Source: an uncultured Chloroflexia bacterium
GTDB lineage: Bacteria; Chloroflexota; Limnocylindria; Limnocylindrales; CSP1-4
Length of the DNA stretch: 64,000 nt
Reading direction: 5' to 3'
Assembly (NCBI GenBank): GCA_963748625.1
Contig: CAVVJT010000006.1
Coordinates: forward strand, 61,027 to 125,026
Shown: positions 60,426 to 64,000 of the stretch, one piece after another
How positions within the stretch are numbered: the stretch's first letter is position 1
Layout of the letters: each line of letters starts with the position of its first letter
Notes under the pieces: model-generated
Told to the model about the DNA's origin: nothing
Databases searched by the model: none
The model's input: the letters and a program-made list of their open reading frames with translations, nothing else
Position numbers and translations under genes: made by a program

Positions 60426-61153
60426 GTGACGGGAAACGGAGGAGTGGGCGTGCAGGAGCCTGGGCCGGCGACGCCGGAGGCAGCCGTCGGCAGCCGGGCG
60501 GCGAAGAACGAGCTGCACGAGGCGTTCGCGCGGGTCGGCAAGGCGCTTGCGAACCCCCATCGTGTCGAGATGCTCGACCTGCTCGCCCAGGCCGAGCGCT
60601 CGGTCGAGAGCCTCGCCGCGCGGGCCGACGTCTCCGTCGCCCTCGCCTCCGCGCACCTCCAGACGCTGCGACGGGCTGGGCTCGTCGCCTCTCGCCGCGA
60701 CGGCAACCGCATCCTCTACCGGATTGCGGACGACGACGCCTACGGCCTGCTCGCCGCGTTGCGCGCGGTCGCGGCGCGGCTCGGCGACACCGAGCAGGCG
60801 ACTCGCCGCTACCTCGGCCCCCCCGTCGAGGCGGTGAGCCGTGAAGTCCTCCTCGCCCGGGTGCGCGCCGGCGACGCGATCATCGTCGACCTCCGCCCGT
60901 CCGAGGAGTACGAAGCCGGGCACATCGCGGGTGCCATCTCGATCCCGCTGCCGGACCTCGAGGCGCGGCTGGCCGAGCTGCCGACCGACCTCGAGATCGT
61001 CGCCTACTGCCGCGGCCCGTACTGCGCGATGTCGCCACAGGGGGTGGCCTGCTCGAGCGGCTCGGCCGGCGCGCGCGGCGGCTCGAGGACGGCTACCCGG
61101 AGTGGCGCCTTGCCGGGATGCCGGTGGCCACGGGGCTCGAGGACGAGCGATGA
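60426..61153 (+). CDS. ArsR/SmtB regulator fused to a rhodanese domain; 1-bp deletion near 61049
   Basis: GKALANPHRVEMLDLLAQ, SAHLQTLRRAGLV, then DLRP.EEYEAGHI, YCRGPYC; adding one C restores ALLERLGRRARRLEDGYPEW up to TGA 61153. Confidence 0.88.
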
Positions 61154-62274
61154 CCGGAATCTACCTCGACTACAACGCGAGCACGCCGATCGACCCGCGG
61201 GTGATCGAGGTGATGGAGCCGCTCCTCCGCGGCCCGTTCGCCAACCCGTCCGCGCTCCACGCCCGCGGCCGTGAGGCCCGCGCGATCATCGACCACGCCC
61301 GCTCCCAGGTCGCCGGGCTCCTCGGCTGTGCCCCCGACGAGGTCGTCTTCACGAGCGGCGGGAGCGAGGCGAACAACCTTGCGCTCACCGGTGCCTTCTT
61401 CGCCCTCCGTGACCGTGGCGACCACATCGTCACGACGACCGTCGAGCACCCGGCGACCCTCGAGCCGGCCAGGTTCCTCGAGCGGCTGGGAGCCAGGGTG
61501 ACCCTGGTGCCCGTCGACGGGTTCGGGCGGGTCGATCCCGACGACATCCGCAAGGCGATCACCCCGCGGACCATCCTCGTGAGCGTGATGCACGCCAACA
61601 ACGAGGTCGGCACGATCGAGCCGATCGCCGAGATCGGCGCGGTCACGCGCGAGCGCGGCGTCCTGCTCCACACCGACGCGGCGCAGAGCGTCGGAAAGGT
61701 CCCGACCCGGGTCGACGAGCTCGGTGTCGACCTGCTGTCGATCGCCGGCCACAAGGCGTATGCGCCCAAGGGCGTCGGCGCGCTGTACATCCGGCGCGGG
61801 GTCCGCCTCGAGCCCCTCATCCACGGGGCGAGCCACGAGTCCGGGCGGCGGGCCGGCACCGAGAGCGCTCTCCTGGCGGCCTCCCTCGGGCGGGCGGCCG
61901 AGCTTGCGTCGGACCTGGGTCCGCTCGACGGCACCCGGGTCCTCCGCGACCGGCTCTGGGATGGGCTTCAGGCTCTCTTCGGCGAGCACGTCGTCCTCAA
62001 CGGCCATCCCGACGAACGCCTGCCGAACACGCTCAACGTCTCGTTCGTCGGCCGACCCGGCGCCGACGTGATCGCGGCGCTCGGCGATGTCGAGGCCTCC
62101 ACGGGATCCGCCTGTCATGCCAATTCGATCGAGCTCTCCCCGGTCCTGGCCGCCATGGGCGTCGAACCGCACGTCGGCATGGGCGCGGTCCGCCTCAGCC
62201 TGGGCCGCATGACGACGCCCGACGAGATCGACGCTGCGCTCGAGCGGTTCGCACAGATCGACGCGGATCGGTAG
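61150..62274 (+). CDS. Cysteine desulfurase (NifS/IscS group I)
   Basis: YLDYNASTP, FTSGGSEANN, VEH, MHANNEVG, HTDAAQ, GHK (PLP Lys), STGSAC (catalytic Cys). Confidence 0.94.
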   Translation: MTGIYLDYNASTPIDPRVIEVMEPLLRGPFANPSALHARGREARAIIDHARSQVAGLLGCAPDEVVFTSGGSEANNLALTGAFFALRDRGDHIVTTTVEHPATLEPARFLERLGARVTLVPVDGFGRVDPDDIRKAITPRTILVSVMHANNEVGTIEPIAEIGAVTRERGVLLHTDAAQSVGKVPTRVDELGVDLLSIAGHKAYAPKGVGALYIRRGVRLEPLIHGASHESGRRAGTESALLAASLGRAAELASDLGPLDGTRVLRDRLWDGLQALFGEHVVLNGHPDERLPNTLNVSFVGRPGADVIAALGDVEASTGSACHANSIELSPVLAAMGVEPHVGMGAVRLSLGRMTTPDEIDAALERFAQIDADR

Positions 62275-62323
62275 ACCTCGCTCCGACCGCGCCGACCGCG
62301 CCGACCGCTCGCGGTGGACCGCC

Positions 62324-63520
62324 TCAGGCGGGGCGGGCGATCGGCAGGTCGAGCCAGAATCGGGCGCCGCCCCCGGTCGGGTTCTCGACCCCCGCGGTCC
62401 CCCCGTGGGCCTCGACGATGGCGCGCGTGATCGCGAGGCCCAGCCCCGAGGTGCCCGAACCACGGTCCCGGCTCGGGTCCACCTGGTAGAAGCGGTCGAA
62501 GACCTGCGCCATGTCCTCCGCCGGGACGCCCGGGCCGTCATCGAGGACCTCGACCCGGGCGAGGCTCGAGGACCGGGGCGAGAGACCGGTCTGCAGGAGC
62601 ACGTGGCCACCCGATGGCGCGAACCGGATCGCGTTGTCAACCAGGGCGGCGATAGCCTGGCCCAGGCGCTCCCGATCCGCGGCCACCACGAGCGGCAGGC
62701 CCTCGGGGAGCGAGGTGGACAGCGTCACGCCGGCTGCACCCGCCCGGGCGGCGAACGCCGTTCCGATCGAGGGCAGGACCTCGTTGAGCGGCACGGCCTC
62801 CAGGCGCAGCGGGAGCGCGCCGGCCTCGGCGAGGCTGATCGTCCGCAGGTCGTCCACGACGCGTCCGAGCAGGCGGGCCTGGGACCGGATCGTCTCCAGG
62901 TGCCGGTCGTCGTGCTCGTAGACGCCGTCCATCACCGCGGCGGCGGTGGCCTCGATGACCGCGAGCGGGGTCTTCATCTCGTGCGCGGCATCCTGGAAGA
63001 ACCGGCGTCGCGACGCGTCGTTGCGCTCGAGGTCAGCGGCCATCGCGTCAAACGATCGGCCGAGCGAGCCGATCTCATCCGCCCGGCCGGACAGGCCCGA
63101 TCGGGCCGCCAGATCACCGTGCGCGACAGCCGACGCCGTCGCCTCGAGCTGCTGCAGCGGCCTGGCGATGCGGCGCGCCATGAGCACACCCAGGAGCGAC
63201 GCGATCGCCGCGGTCAGCACGGCGACGACGATGATGGTGGTCGTCGTCTCCTGCTGCGCCTGGGCAAGGTATGCCGCCCCCTGGCCGATCCCCATGCCCG
63301 CACCCGGACCCTTGCCGGCACCCGGACCCGTGCCGTGCCCGGCTCCGGGCCCGAAGCTGGCGGACGGCGCGCCGGTTTCCTGCATCGCGGCGAAGCCCCG
63401 CCCCACGATCGGCGGCGCGGCGATCGCCACGGCCACGGCCGTCCCGACGGCCACCGCGGCGAAGGCGAGGGCCAGGCGTGCGCCGAGCCCGCGGGGCACG
63501 AGCCGGACCGTCCGCGTCAT
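62324..63520 (-). CDS. HAMP-domain sensor histidine kinase (BaeS-like)
   Basis: Two TM segments, HAMP, DAAHEMKTPL (H-box), DNAIRF, DDGPG, FDRFY, GLGLAI. Confidence 0.94.
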   Translation of the reverse strand: MTRTVRLVPRGLGARLALAFAAVAVGTAVAVAIAAPPIVGRGFAAMQETGAPSASFGPGAGHGTGPGAGKGPGAGMGIGQGAAYLAQAQQETTTTIIVVAVLTAAIASLLGVLMARRIARPLQQLEATASAVAHGDLAARSGLSGRADEIGSLGRSFDAMAADLERNDASRRRFFQDAAHEMKTPLAVIEATAAAVMDGVYEHDDRHLETIRSQARLLGRVVDDLRTISLAEAGALPLRLEAVPLNEVLPSIGTAFAARAGAAGVTLSTSLPEGLPLVVAADRERLGQAIAALVDNAIRFAPSGGHVLLQTGLSPRSSSLARVEVLDDGPGVPAEDMAQVFDRFYQVDPSRDRGSGTSGLGLAITRAIVEAHGGTAGVENPTGGGARFWLDLPIARPA

Positions 63521-64000
63521 TCGCGTGCCGCCCGGTAGCCGACGCCACGGACGGTCTCGATGTACTCGAGCCCGCCGGTCCGCTCCCCCAGCTTGCGGCG
63601 CAGGTTCTTGACGTGGCTGTCAATCGTGCGGTCGAAGGCGTCGTACGCCTCGCCGAACACGCGGTCGCCCAGCCGTTCCCGGGTCCACGCGACCCCCGGC
63701 ACCTCGGTGAGTGCGACGAGCAGGTCGAACTCGGCGCGGGTCAGCCCGAGGTCTGCGCGATCGCGGCGGACCTCGCGCGCGGGCTCGTCGATGTCGAGGT
63801 CGAGGTAGCGGCGTGTCGCGGGCAGCACGGCCGACGCACCCACGGACGCGGTGACCGGCGCCAGGCGCCGGAGCACCGCCCCGACGCGCGCGACGAGCTC
63901 GCGCGGCTCGAATGGCTTCGTGACGTAGTCGTCCGCGCCGATCTCGAGCCCCGCGACCCGGTCGATAACGTCGTCCCGGGCGGTCAGGAGGATGACCGCT
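63517..64000 (-). CDS. OmpR-family response regulator (5' end outside the window)
   Basis: ILLTARDD, GADDYVTKPFEPREL, LTRAEFDLL, RTIDSHVKNLRRKL, TVRGVGY. Confidence 0.94.
   Translation of the reverse strand, partial: AVILLTARDDVIDRVAGLEIGADDYVTKPFEPRELVARVGAVLRRLAPVTASVGASAVLPATRRYLDLDIDEPAREVRRDRADLGLTRAEFDLLVALTEVPGVAWTRERLGDRVFGEAYDAFDRTIDSHVKNLRRKLGERTGGLEYIETVRGVGYRAARE

Overview
Very GC-rich (roughly 70%+ by eye), gene-dense bacterial chromosome segment. It is probably Chloroflexota-like; this is an inference from the T-box, type I-beta DAHP synthase, heliorhodopsin and class I LysRS, not a proven assignment. Most of it is housekeeping: degV, gdhA, coaX-coaBC-panB-panC, a BMP-type nucleoside ABC transporter, an M16 peptidase, ndk, lepB, hppA, uppP, argR, greA, class I lysK, serS, tRNA-Ser(TGA), plsY, glgC, a trp operon and a shikimate operon. 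Highlights: (1) a complete heliorhodopsin gene just upstream of glgC; (2) a Trp-specific T-box riboswitch ahead of a trp operon with a TrpC-TrpF-TrpB triple fusion; (3) an unannotated Tyr/Phe leader-peptide attenuator (MCAIYRFTCPA) upstream of the aro operon, which lacks a dehydroquinase gene; (4) a sulfur-handling cluster (rhodanese lipoprotein, AhpD/CMD-methyltransferase fusion, OsmC, DsrE, ArsR-rhodanese, cysteine desulfurase) with two distinct palindromic operators; (5) a terminator in the greA leader; (6) many apparently leaderless genes. Several single-base indels break conserved genes, which suggests residual long-read assembly errors. I found no CRISPR array, transposase or integrase. 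All calls come from motif recognition by eye; no searches were run.
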